Virus record (IMG/VR): IMGVR_UViG_3300017991_000058
Length of the DNA stretch: 64,000 bases
Direction: 5' to 3' (one strand)
Source: an uncultured virus (IMG/VR IMGVR_UViG_3300017991_000058)
Taxonomy: Duplodnaviria; Heunggongvirae; Uroviricota; Caudoviricetes
Of the stretch, positions 26,119 through 34,858 are shown one piece after another; position 1 is the stretch's first letter, and each line of letters begins with the position of its first letter. The translations under genes were made by a program, and so were the position numbers. Below the pieces are notes generated by a model that was given only the letters and a program-made list of their open reading frames with translations, was not told where the DNA came from and did no database searches.

Positions 26119-26481
26119 CTACGACCGTCTGAGATACTCGACCAAGTGGTCGCGCTCCAACCTCTCCGCGTACCGACCGCCGTCCCACACGGCCAGCAGG
26201 CGCGCCTTCATCGTGACGACATCTCCCCGCCCCTCCCTGAGCAGACGGCGCGGGAGGTCTCCGGGGCCGGCTATGTGCGCGCGGACGTCGGCGAGCGGGG
26301 CGTATCCGCTCTTGGCCAGGCGAGTCGTTGTTCGATGGATCAGGCAGTAGTCGCTCCCGAGGTGACCGCGACCGGCTATGAACCCGAGCCCGCAGCGGGG
26401 GCACGTCATCCTCCGCTGCACCCCGCCGCACCTGCCGACGGCGTCGGCCAGCTTCATCTCGTCTGGGATGTCGTCGCACAC
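26119..26481 (-). CDS. small CxxC/GHxGSxxC zinc-finger protein
   Basis: CPRCG...GHLGSDYCL. Confidence 0.5.
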   Translation of the reverse strand: MCDDIPDEMKLADAVGRCGGVQRRMTCPRCGLGFIAGRGHLGSDYCLIHRTTTRLAKSGYAPLADVRAHIAGPGDLPRRLLREGRGDVVTMKARLLAVWDGGRYAERLERDHLVEYLRRS

Positions 26482-26675
26482 TTCATCACCCTCAGAAGGC
26501 AGTCGGCCGAGCCGACGTGCCCCGTGTTCGCCTCGCGAGTCTCTCCGCACAGGGGGCACACGAAGCGCGCGCGCCGCTCGAGCAGCGCCATCTCCGCCTC
26601 GAGCGCCAGGACGTCGTCGACGGTCGACGGGCGTCTCGGCTCCAGATCGTCCCACGACCATCTCCGCACGCTCAT
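26454..26675 (-). CDS. small CxxC/GHxGSxxC zinc-finger protein
   Basis: ATG at 26675 overlaps the sigma-gene stop; CPLCG...GHVGSADCL. Confidence 0.55.
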   Translation of the reverse strand: MSVRRWSWDDLEPRRPSTVDDVLALEAEMALLERRARFVCPLCGETREANTGHVGSADCLLRVMKCATTSQTR

Positions 26676-27292
26676 CAGAGCGACGCGACGAGCGCGCGGA
26701 GCTCGTCGTCCGCCCGGATCGCCTCGACGACGGCCCGCTTCCTCTCTCGGACCTGAAGGACGCCCACGCCGAGCTTCCTTGCCGTGTCGCGGACCGTCGC
26801 CTCCCCGAGGAGGATGCGCAGGGCCTCCCTGCCTCCGGGCTGGCGCGAGACGACCTCCCTGAGCCGCCTGTAGGCCCGGGCCCGGTCTATCGTCGCCTCG
26901 ATTCCCCCGAGCTCCTCGACAGGGTCTGGGCCCGCCAGGCGCGCAACCGGCGGCCCGCGGTCCTCGTCCCTGTCGCGGTCCGCCTCCCGGTCGATCGAGA
27001 TCGACCTGAGCGGGAGTAGCTGTCGGACGTTGTGCCGACAGACGTACACGGGAGCGTGCGCCCTGCAGACCGCCTCGAACAGCGCGACGTTCACCGCCCT
27101 GTAGACTATCGACGAGAGCCTGGCCGGACCGTCCGGCTTGTAGCACCGGCGGACGGACGCCTCCGCTAGGGAGGCCACCTGGTGGAGGTCCTCGACGTCG
27201 ACCGTCGGGAACTTCCGCGCGTATCTGGCGACGAGCTTGAACCGGATCTTCCGGACCCGCTCGTCGTCGACCTTCTGCCTATCCTTCCCCAT
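26675..27292 (-). CDS. phage sigma70-family RNA polymerase sigma factor
   Basis: region 2-like LVARYARKFPTVDVEDLHQVASLA; region 4 HTH TVRDTARKLGVGVLQVRERKRAVVEAIR. Confidence 0.72.
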   Translation of the reverse strand: MGKDRQKVDDERVRKIRFKLVARYARKFPTVDVEDLHQVASLAEASVRRCYKPDGPARLSSIVYRAVNVALFEAVCRAHAPVYVCRHNVRQLLPLRSISIDREADRDRDEDRGPPVARLAGPDPVEELGGIEATIDRARAYRRLREVVSRQPGGREALRILLGEATVRDTARKLGVGVLQVRERKRAVVEAIRADDELRALVASL

Positions 27293-27725
27293 GACGCATC
27301 ACCTTCATTCGTTGGGCGGCGATCCTCCTGTCGGCGCGCCGCTGAGAGTTCACCACCGAGAGCCCGTGGGACGCCGCTGTGATCCGAAGCCTGTGGGCGA
27401 ACCGCGGGCTGACGACGTCCGTCGACAGCACCGAAGGGTCTCTCTCGTCGGTCGTGACCCACATCGTCTGGACGAGAGCTCCGGAGTCGTCGCGGAACAG
27501 GAGCCCGGACCTCAGGACGAGCCTGCACCCGACGAGCCCGCGGCCGGTCGCGCCCCCGAGTCGCCTGGAGGCGTCCTCCATCCGCAAGACGGACGCCTCG
27601 GCATCCGGGAGCCGCTCGGCCAGCCACTCCACCGTGTCCGAGCCGACGTGAGCGTCGACGACGGCGGCGACGGAGCGAGCTGCCCCCGCCGATCGCGGGG
27701 GCAGCACGAGCCCGTCCCGGCTCAC
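27279..27725 (-). CDS. hypothetical protein
   Basis: 148 aa, GTGA overlap with the MoxR stop. Confidence 0.5.
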   Translation of the reverse strand: MSRDGLVLPPRSAGAARSVAAVVDAHVGSDTVEWLAERLPDAEASVLRMEDASRRLGGATGRGLVGCRLVLRSGLLFRDDSGALVQTMWVTTDERDPSVLSTDVVSPRFAHRLRITAASHGLSVVNSQRRADRRIAAQRMKVMRHGEG

Positions 27726-28903
27726 GGGCGGACCCCCGCCGCCTCCAGGATCGGCTGGAGAGCGATCAGGCTCTTCTTCGCCTCTCCGCCCTGGTGGAGT
27801 CGCTTCCGGACGAGCGCCCTGGCGGCCGGGACCGTCAGGTCGGCGGCGTCTCCGACCATCCCTCCGATGATCTCCCAGAGCTTCTCAGAGCGCTCGTTCT
27901 GCCGCTCGCACTTTCCGGACGTGACGAGGGCGGAGCAGCTCGAGAGGACTGCAACGGTCCGGTCGAGACGCGCGGGCTCGTGCTTGAACTTCACCTTCCC
28001 GTCCAGGACGGCCTCCGGGTCGGGGAGCTTGACCTTCGTCCGAAACGTCGTCAGCTCGGAGCCGGCCCCCGGGCCGACGAACGACGCGACGAGCTCGTCG
28101 ACGATGATGTCGTCTGCGCCGTGGACGTCGCAGCCCGCCAGAGCGCGGGTCGCCATCTCCCAGGTCCGGTGGCTCGGCCACGCCTTGCCGCGACCGGAGC
28201 TCCCGGCATCCGGCATCCGGTGGAGCAGGTCGGGGCGCGCCTTCACGAACCCTGCGACCACGCCCTTGGCCTTCGCGAAGGCCGTCGGCCATGCGGCCAT
28301 GACGCGGGCCTCCTCGGTCTCGGACGAGATCCTCTCGTCGTCGCCGACGTCGTCCGTGCTGGCGCCGTTCGCGCCGATCAGCCAGTCGCACCAGTCGGCC
28401 GGCTCGGGGCTCTCCCAGTTCAGGTGCCCGAAGCGGTTCGCCAGGGGCGGGGTTAGGTCCCAACCGCCGGCGGCGTCGGCCACGGGGTTGGCCGCGGCGA
28501 CGAAGCGGACCCCTCGCGGGAAGTAGTAGTCGCCGAGAGCTCCGTCCAAGACCATCCTGAGCAGCGCCGCCTGCGTCGCCGGGGCCGTCGTCGTCAGCTC
28601 GTCGACGAACACGACGCCGCGGCCGTCGCCGTCGATCTCGAAGTCAGAGGCCCACCCAGGCGGAGCGTACTCCATGAAGCGCCGCCGGCCCCGCTCGACC
28701 GGGATCGGCAGCCCGCCGAAGTCGGCCGGCTCCCTGATGGACGCCACGAGGGTGTGGCACATCAGTCCGAGCGCCGTCGCCACGGTCTCGATCACCCTGG
28801 ACTTGCCTACGCCAGGCTTCCCCCACCAGAGCAGCGGAAGACCCCACCTCCCGTTCAGACCCGGCGTGAACATCGATACGTGAAGAATCTTGCGAGTGTC
28901 CAT
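27722..28903 (-). CDS. MoxR-like AAA+ ATPase
   Basis: WGKPGVGKS, EPADFGGLP, FVDEL, QAALL, AANP, LANRF. Confidence 0.88.
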   Translation of the reverse strand: MDTRKILHVSMFTPGLNGRWGLPLLWWGKPGVGKSRVIETVATALGLMCHTLVASIREPADFGGLPIPVERGRRRFMEYAPPGWASDFEIDGDGRGVVFVDELTTTAPATQAALLRMVLDGALGDYYFPRGVRFVAAANPVADAAGGWDLTPPLANRFGHLNWESPEPADWCDWLIGANGASTDDVGDDERISSETEEARVMAAWPTAFAKAKGVVAGFVKARPDLLHRMPDAGSSGRGKAWPSHRTWEMATRALAGCDVHGADDIIVDELVASFVGPGAGSELTTFRTKVKLPDPEAVLDGKVKFKHEPARLDRTVAVLSSCSALVTSGKCERQNERSEKLWEIIGGMVGDAADLTVPAARALVRKRLHQGGEAKKSLIALQPILEAAGVRP

Positions 28904-28951
28904 TCTCTAGCCTCCCTGTGTGTCTGGCTGCACCCGTCAGCAGCTACGGAG

Positions 28952-28980
28952 ACCTTACCGCACCGCTAGGGCCCTGTCCA
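28952..28980 (-). promoter_or_regulatory. sigma70-like promoter TGGACA-N17-TAAGGT
   Basis: in the divergent intergenic gap, oriented to the MoxR gene. Confidence 0.55.
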
Positions 28981-29036
28981 GGGAAATCTACACCGGATAG
29001 CGATCTCCTCGCAAATTAGCACCGGTGCATTTCCTC

Positions 29037-29065
29037 TGGACATTCTCGCATCGCTCGCGTAGGCT
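29037..29065 (+). promoter_or_regulatory. sigma70-like promoter TGGACA-N17-TAGGCT
   Basis: same -35 hexamer and spacing as the divergent partner, oriented to 29109. Confidence 0.58.
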
Positions 29066-29108
29066 AGGGATAGAACGTTCGGCGTGAGACCGGACGGGGA
29101 GGCTGACG

Positions 29109-29984
29109 ATGACGGGAAACGAGATCATGGTTGTCGAGGACGGGGCGAACATCGCTGGGCGCGTCGTCTACTGGAGACTCGAGGGGACGCTGGAGCTGGA
29201 CGTCCTCTCCGACGCCTGGCTGGCGGCCGGGCTGGACGAAAAGCTACTACCTAACCCCCCCACGCCCGAGCGCGCGTTGAAGAGGACGCTCCAGTCGTTC
29301 TCCTCGAACAGGACGCTCGTCAGGCCGCTCGGCGGCGGGGTGTCGGGATACGCCCTCATCGAGGAGCACGCCGACGAGCGGCGTCTAGAGCACGCCCAGG
29401 GACTGACGGCGGTAATCGACACCGCCGGCGAGCGGGCGGTTCCGGCGCTCGACGTCGAGCCGTCGGACCACGAGATGGCCGCAGACGTCAGGCTCCGCTA
29501 CGCGTCGACGCTCATGGAGCTCGACACCCGCGACGCGTCCGGGTGGCTCGGGAAGCTCGTCGAGGACGTGTCGGCCGTCGGGCTGCGCGATAAGGGCGGC
29601 GTCTACTTCGTGCCCAGAGACTCGCTCCCGACCTGGGACCGATACGTCGAGGTGATCGGCGACGTCTCCGACCACCACGTGTTCCAGATCCCGGCGATGA
29701 GGACGCGCGACGCGATCGCCGCGGTCGTCGACGCGATCGTCAGCGAGGCCACCGCCGTCGCCGGCGACATCGAGAGAGACCTCGCCGACGAAGACCGCGA
29801 GCTCGGAAAGCGGGCCCTCCGCACCCGCGTCGAGCGATGCGAGAGGACGCTGGCGAAGGTCGGACGCTACGAGGAGCTGCTGGACGAGAAGCTCGACGAC
29901 GTGCGAGACCGAATCGGAGAGCTGAGAGCGCAGGTCGCGACCGCCCTTCTGATGGCGGAGACCGGAGAGGAGACGGACCGATGA
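29109..29984 (+). CDS. MoxR/vWA-associated protein (DUF3150/DUF6744-like)
   Basis: VVYWRL, LPNPPTPERAL, LRDKGGVYFVP, C-terminal coiled coil; context. Confidence 0.6.
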   Translation: MTGNEIMVVEDGANIAGRVVYWRLEGTLELDVLSDAWLAAGLDEKLLPNPPTPERALKRTLQSFSSNRTLVRPLGGGVSGYALIEEHADERRLEHAQGLTAVIDTAGERAVPALDVEPSDHEMAADVRLRYASTLMELDTRDASGWLGKLVEDVSAVGLRDKGGVYFVPRDSLPTWDRYVEVIGDVSDHHVFQIPAMRTRDAIAAVVDAIVSEATAVAGDIERDLADEDRELGKRALRTRVERCERTLAKVGRYEELLDEKLDDVRDRIGELRAQVATALLMAETGEETDR

Positions 29985-31492
29985 AGAAGGAACTGTCGCC
30001 GAGCCAGAAGCTGTCTACGGGGCGCCTCATGGCCCGCGAGCGGCTGCCCTACTTCGGGGCGATGCTCCACGCGCTGACCCCCGTCGAGATCCCGGAGGGG
30101 GCGCTCGACACGTTCGGCGTCCTACCGAACAGCGTCCTCCTGGTCGACAACGCGGCGCTGCGGAGGTGGACGATCGAGGAGACCGCAGCGGTGCTGGTCC
30201 ACGAGGGGCTCCACATCGTCCGCGACCACGACAAGCGCCGAAAGGCGATCGGCGCGAACACCTACGGCGAGTCCCGCGTCTGGAACCTGGCAGCCGACGT
30301 CGAGATCAACGATGACCTGAAGGACGCCGGTCTCACGCTGCCCGAGAACGCGATCTATCCGAAGACGTTCGGGATGGAGCCCGGGCTGACGGCCGAGATC
30401 TACTACGGCGAGCTGATGAAGATGGCCCAGACCTGCCCGATCTGCGGGGGCAATCCGAACGACGGCGACCGGGACGGCGACGGCAATGGATGCGGATGCG
30501 ACGGCTCCTGCGGCGAGGACGGCTGCTCCTGCGGAGACGGCGGAGACGCCGAGGACGGGCAGAAGGACGGCAAGAAGGGCAAGGGAAAGGGAAAGAAGAG
30601 CAAGGGCAAGAAGGGCAAGGGCAAGAAGGGTGACGGCAAGCAGGGAGGCAGGCAGGGAGGCCGGTGCCCGTTCTGCGACGGCCCGCAGAAGCCTGGAGCC
30701 GGCTCCGGCTGGTGCGGCTCGGGCGGCGGGCGCCCCGTGCCCGGAGAGCCCGACATGAAGTCCAAGTCCGAGCAGGCCGGACGGTCCGAGGTCGAGCTGA
30801 AGTCGCTCCGTCGCCAGGTCGCAGAGCAGGTCCGCGAGGCGAGCGAGAAGTCGAGAGGGACCGTCCCGGCGGGTCTCGTGCGATGGGCCGAGGCCGAGCT
30901 GGCCCCGCCGCGGATCGACTGGAGGACCAAGCTGAGCCAGGTCGCAAGGACGGCGGTTGGATTCAGGCCGGGCGCCGTCGACTTCCGCTACAACCGCCCG
31001 AGCCGCCGACAGAGCGCTCTGGGCTACGGGATGGGGTGCCCGGTCCTCCCGGCGCTCATCCGCCCCGTCCCGCAGGTCGCGATCGCCGTCGACACGTCCG
31101 GGTCCATGTCGGCCGAAGACCTCCGGATCGCCGTCGAGGAGTCGGACGGCATCCTCAAGGCGATCGGTGCCGAGGTGACGTTCATCGCCTGCGACGCCGC
31201 GGTAGGCGCCGTAAAGCCCGTCAGGTCGGCGCGGGAGCTCGCCGAGAGCCTCGTCGGCGGAGGGGGGACGGACTTCGCCCCGGTGTTCGAGACGGTCGAG
31301 CGGCTCCGCCCCCGCCCCGAGGTGATCGTCTACGCGACGGACGGATGCGGGCCCGCCCCTCTGGCGGCCCCCGCCGGCGTGCGGGTGATCTGGCTGCTCG
31401 TCGGCCAGTACCGCCAGCGCCCCCACTTCCCGGCCGGCGAGTGGGGGGAGTTCATCGACGTCGACGACCTGTACGACGACGAGGCCGCGTGA
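29981..31492 (+). CDS. metallopeptidase-like + vWA domain protein (DUF2201-like)
   Basis: HEGLH, WNLAADVEIN, MIDAS DTSGS, GGGGTDF, TDG; K/G- and Cys-rich linker. Confidence 0.85.
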   Translation: MKKELSPSQKLSTGRLMARERLPYFGAMLHALTPVEIPEGALDTFGVLPNSVLLVDNAALRRWTIEETAAVLVHEGLHIVRDHDKRRKAIGANTYGESRVWNLAADVEINDDLKDAGLTLPENAIYPKTFGMEPGLTAEIYYGELMKMAQTCPICGGNPNDGDRDGDGNGCGCDGSCGEDGCSCGDGGDAEDGQKDGKKGKGKGKKSKGKKGKGKKGDGKQGGRQGGRCPFCDGPQKPGAGSGWCGSGGGRPVPGEPDMKSKSEQAGRSEVELKSLRRQVAEQVREASEKSRGTVPAGLVRWAEAELAPPRIDWRTKLSQVARTAVGFRPGAVDFRYNRPSRRQSALGYGMGCPVLPALIRPVPQVAIAVDTSGSMSAEDLRIAVEESDGILKAIGAEVTFIACDAAVGAVKPVRSARELAESLVGGGGTDFAPVFETVERLRPRPEVIVYATDGCGPAPLAAPAGVRVIWLLVGQYRQRPHFPAGEWGEFIDVDDLYDDEAA

Positions 31493-31830
31493 GCCCGGCC
31501 GACATCGACGCGGCCAACGCGGCGATCAGGCTGGGAGACCCCGTGCTGCCCCCCGTCGGAACGGTCCTGGCCGTCCCCCCGATGGCCCCGAGCCAGGTCA
31601 CGAGAGCCAAGGTGATAAACGTCGTCGTAGCGTGCGACGACAGCCACGGGCACGCGGTCGCCAGGAGCATCGGCGCTCCGCGTCCCGTCGACACGATGGC
31701 CAAGATCGTCAGGCCGGGCGACGGCAGCTACCAGGTCGTGTCCGTCCCCGACGACGCCCCCCCGTTCGCGCTATGGTGGCGCCCGACCGGGCGCGCGCGG
31801 CTCAGGAGCTCTCGAGATCGGCGTCGATGA
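31489..31830 (+). CDS. hypothetical protein
   Basis: GTG at 31489 overlaps the vWA stop (GTGA). Confidence 0.45.
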   Translation: MSPADIDAANAAIRLGDPVLPPVGTVLAVPPMAPSQVTRAKVINVVVACDDSHGHAVARSIGAPRPVDTMAKIVRPGDGSYQVVSVPDDAPPFALWWRPTGRARLRSSRDRRR

Positions 31831-32569
31831 GCACGGCCTGGTCGTAGGTCGGGAACGCCCCGTCGGGATCGGGGACCTCCTCGCTGGTGAGGAACTCGTT
31901 CAGGGTGTCCGTCACCTTCTCGTCGAAGTCGGCCCCGCCGGCCATGTTGCCAGTGGCCAGACGAGTGTAGCCGTCGTACGGAAGGGTCGGCTCGCCCGAG
32001 CAGCCGGGCTCGTCGCACTCGGTCTCGACGGTGAACCACTTGGCGCAGCTGGGGCACCTCCGCAGGGACATGCCGGCGCGCGCGGGGTGCATCCCGTCCT
32101 CGATCCGGAAGAACAGCGGGGCCGCCTTGCTCGACTCGTGCGCCCACTCCTCCCACTGCGTCTCGGCCGCTCCTCCGCCGCCGGGCGGCGAGTTCGTGAT
32201 AGAGTTCCAGCCCGAGACGGGCTCGGCGATCTCGGTGAGCTGGTTGTTCGGGGCCTCGACGGTGCCCCCGGACTCGGACCGAAACAGAACGCCGTCCACG
32301 TCCTGACCGGGAGCTGTCGACACGACGTCCACGACGTTTATGAACCTATCGTCCGGCTCTCCGTCCACGTGGGCGACGAGAGTGCCGGCCGGATAGGTCC
32401 CCGTGTCCACGTTCACCCGGCACGTCGCATAGCTGACGTGGTTGCCACGCCCAACGTAGATCTCGAGCCAGTGCTCGACGTTGGTCTCCCGTCGGAAGTT
32501 CACGATCTTCAGGTAGTCGATGACGGAAGGGGGCGGCACAGGATCGACCAACTTTATCTTCTTGGCCAT
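31802..32569 (-). CDS. hypothetical Zn-ribbon protein, paralogue of 62913-63356
   Basis: AAGGAGAAGGA RBS; GMSLRRCPSC...PYDG...EFLTSEEVPDP shared with the distal gene. Confidence 0.75.
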   Translation of the reverse strand: MAKKIKLVDPVPPPSVIDYLKIVNFRRETNVEHWLEIYVGRGNHVSYATCRVNVDTGTYPAGTLVAHVDGEPDDRFINVVDVVSTAPGQDVDGVLFRSESGGTVEAPNNQLTEIAEPVSGWNSITNSPPGGGGAAETQWEEWAHESSKAAPLFFRIEDGMHPARAGMSLRRCPSCAKWFTVETECDEPGCSGEPTLPYDGYTRLATGNMAGGADFDEKVTDTLNEFLTSEEVPDPDGAFPTYDQAVLIDADLESS

Positions 32570-32656
32570 GCTGTCCTTCTCCTTCTGCCGGGAGTGTACC
32601 ACCCCAGAACCGCCGCGGGGCGCAGCCCGATCCAAAGACGAGCAGTAACGTAGGGA

Positions 32657-32881
32657 GTGAACGTCAGGACCCGTAGGCTGCGGGAGGTTAGCATGGAGCT
32701 CGCGGCGGCAGTGCTGGAGGGATGGGTCGTCAGCCGCCTGGGCCGACGGTCCGTCCCCGTCCTGGCGATGGTCCTTGGTCGACTGTGCGACAGGTTCGAC
32801 GTCGACCCCGACGTTGCCGGGAGAGTCGTATCGCTGGCGCAGGAGGCGTCGAGGAGCGACGCGGAGCTGAGGCCGAACTGA
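32657..32881 (+). CDS. hypothetical protein
   Basis: 74 aa, follows a GACGAGCAGTAA motif, stop overlaps the resolvase ATG. Confidence 0.5.
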   Translation: MNVRTRRLREVSMELAAAVLEGWVVSRLGRRSVPVLAMVLGRLCDRFDVDPDVAGRVVSLAQEASRSDAELRPN

Positions 32882-33312
32882 TGGGAGCCAGGAGCAGGAC
32901 CAAGGGTAAGCGATGGGAGCGCTCGGTCGCTCAGCTGCTCCGCGGCGTCTTTCCGGCGACGTACAGGGCCAGACAGGATCGTCGCGGGGGTGCGGGGACG
33001 GGCGAGGGCGCAGACGTCGAGGGAACCCCGTTCTGGATCGAATGCAAGCACCACCAGGTCGTCAACCATCGCTCCGCGCTCCGACAGGCCAGGGCAGTCC
33101 AAGCAGAGCGCGGAGACTCGCGGCCCAGAGTGGCCGTATGCAAGGAGGACCGCCCCCCGCCCGACTGGCGCGTCGGGCTACCGCTCGAGCCCCCTACCGC
33201 GGTGATGGAGCTCGCCGCCTGGATCGCCCTCGTCGACGACTGGGCGCGGCTGAAGCGGGCGGCCGGAGAGCCGCTCGAGCTCCCCGTCGTCGAGGGCGAC
33301 GGCGCCAGATAG
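32881..33312 (+). CDS. Holliday junction resolvase-like PD-(D/E)xK nuclease
   Basis: SRTKGKRWERSVA, GADV, IECKH. Confidence 0.8.
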   Translation: MGARSRTKGKRWERSVAQLLRGVFPATYRARQDRRGGAGTGEGADVEGTPFWIECKHHQVVNHRSALRQARAVQAERGDSRPRVAVCKEDRPPPDWRVGLPLEPPTAVMELAAWIALVDDWARLKRAAGEPLELPVVEGDGAR

Positions 33313-34287
33313 GACATCGTCCTCCCCGGCCGGTCTCGGAGCGTCTCCTCCATCAACGCTCTCGGGGCCGGCCGGGGTCCCCTCCCGTCGCCGCGCCAGC
33401 TCCTCGCAGATAGGATCGACCGTCGCGGAGCATCCGGGAGTCCCGGGACGGCACCAGAACGCGTTGAGCGTCCCGGTCCCCGGTATGCGAGCCAGGCCGC
33501 GGGCGCAGGCGATCGGGTCGTCGCACGCGCCGCGGCCGTCCTCGCATCGACCGCCCCACGTGATCGGCTGGACCCCTACGACGGTCGGCTCGACGCGCTC
33601 TCCGGCGACAAGTCGCCGAGCAAGGGCGGCCGTCCTGGCGCAAGAGCGGGAGTACTGTCGCGCCCACTGTCGCGAGCCGGCCGGCCAGCTGGGCGGCTGC
33701 GCGCACTCCAGCTCCAGCTCGGCGATCCAGACCGTACGTCGGCGGCGGGGCGGGACCGTCCCGGTGGCGTAGCGCTGGGCACGACGCATCGCCGAGAGCA
33801 GGGTCTCTCCCCGCTCGTCGCACTCCGTGATCATCGCGTTCAGGGCCCTGTCGCAGGTCCGCCTGCGGATGCGCTGGAGCACCTGCCAGATCCCGACGCA
33901 GTCGCGCTCGGCCCCGTCCGCCTCGGCCATGCAGATCCTCAGCAGTGCCGTCGCCGTCGCCGCGGCGCTCGTCCGCTCTGGGACGTTCCACAGCCTGGCC
34001 CGCGTCTCGACGGGAGACTCCCATGCCCAACGACGCAGGACCCGCTCGCGACGCGCCCGATCGGCCCGCTCGCGCTCGGCGGCGACGGCCGCGGTCTCCA
34101 CGAGCTCGGCGGCCACCGGGGCGACGCCGAGCTCGGCGCGGATGGCCCGGCTCCGAGCCTCGATGTCGAACGACTCCGCCTCGGGATCGACGACGGCCGG
34201 CGGGGCGGGCGACTTGGCGATCGTCGGGGTCCCGCCGCACGCGGAAAGCACGGCCATGATCGTCGTAAGCGTCGTTAGCGCTCGCAT
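33178..34287 (-). CDS. Cys-rich lipoprotein, possible SleB/Hydrolase_2-like wall hydrolase
   Basis: signal peptide with lipobox LSAC; LLRICMAEADG...IWQVLQR resembles the SleB catalytic helix. Confidence 0.5.
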   Translation of the reverse strand: MRALTTLTTIMAVLSACGGTPTIAKSPAPPAVVDPEAESFDIEARSRAIRAELGVAPVAAELVETAAVAAERERADRARRERVLRRWAWESPVETRARLWNVPERTSAAATATALLRICMAEADGAERDCVGIWQVLQRIRRRTCDRALNAMITECDERGETLLSAMRRAQRYATGTVPPRRRRTVWIAELELECAQPPSWPAGSRQWARQYSRSCARTAALARRLVAGERVEPTVVGVQPITWGGRCEDGRGACDDPIACARGLARIPGTGTLNAFWCRPGTPGCSATVDPICEELARRREGTPAGPESVDGGDAPRPAGEDDVLSGAVALDDGELERLSGRPLQPRPVVDEGDPGGELHHRGRGLER

Positions 34288-34389
34288 TGCACCCTCCTCT
34301 GTGTGAGGTGTTCGCGGCCAGAACGTCGGCCGCTGTCTGGACATTCGGGGATTCTAGGCGCAAGCATTATCGGACCGCAAGGAGCCGAC

Positions 34390-34800
34390 ATGGGAGACGA
34401 CTGGCGCATAGGGACCTGGGTCTGCGTCGGATGCGGGACGGAGCTGTCTCAGCGGTTCCACGTCCCGACGGACGGCCACCCGTCCGACGCCCCGCCGCCC
34501 GACGGGTGGCGCGTGGACGAGACCGGCGACCTGCTCTGCTCGAGCTGCTCCGCCGCGCGGAGGACGACGCCTCCGCCGGACAGCTGCCTGACGGAGGCCT
34601 ACGAGGACTGCGTCGACGAGGAGAGCTCAATCGATCGGTGGAGTCAGGTCCACATATGCCTCGGGTGCATCCACGTCTCGGTCTGCAGGTACGCCCCGCC
34701 GGACGACAGGCTGCTCGTGGCCATCTCGCACTGCAGGGCCTATGAACCCCCCGACGGCGCGCCCGACGATGTATCATCGTCCGAGCCGTCGGTCGGATGA
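34390..34800 (+). CDS. small multi-CxxC protein
   Basis: AAGGAG RBS; CVGC, CSSC, CLGCIHVSVC. Confidence 0.6.
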   Translation: MGDDWRIGTWVCVGCGTELSQRFHVPTDGHPSDAPPPDGWRVDETGDLLCSSCSAARRTTPPPDSCLTEAYEDCVDEESSIDRWSQVHICLGCIHVSVCRYAPPDDRLLVAISHCRAYEPPDGAPDDVSSSEPSVG

Positions 34801-34858
34801 CGCCCGCGAAACCTTCCCCACGCGGTCGGACACTCCGGCCGGCGGCCCACTCAGAACG

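Noticed and set aside
30570..30640. AAGGGC-type repeats (also the 12-nt repeats at about 19345-19390)
   Set aside because: Low-complexity Lys/Gly and KAEP protein linkers; no evidence of a DNA-level function.
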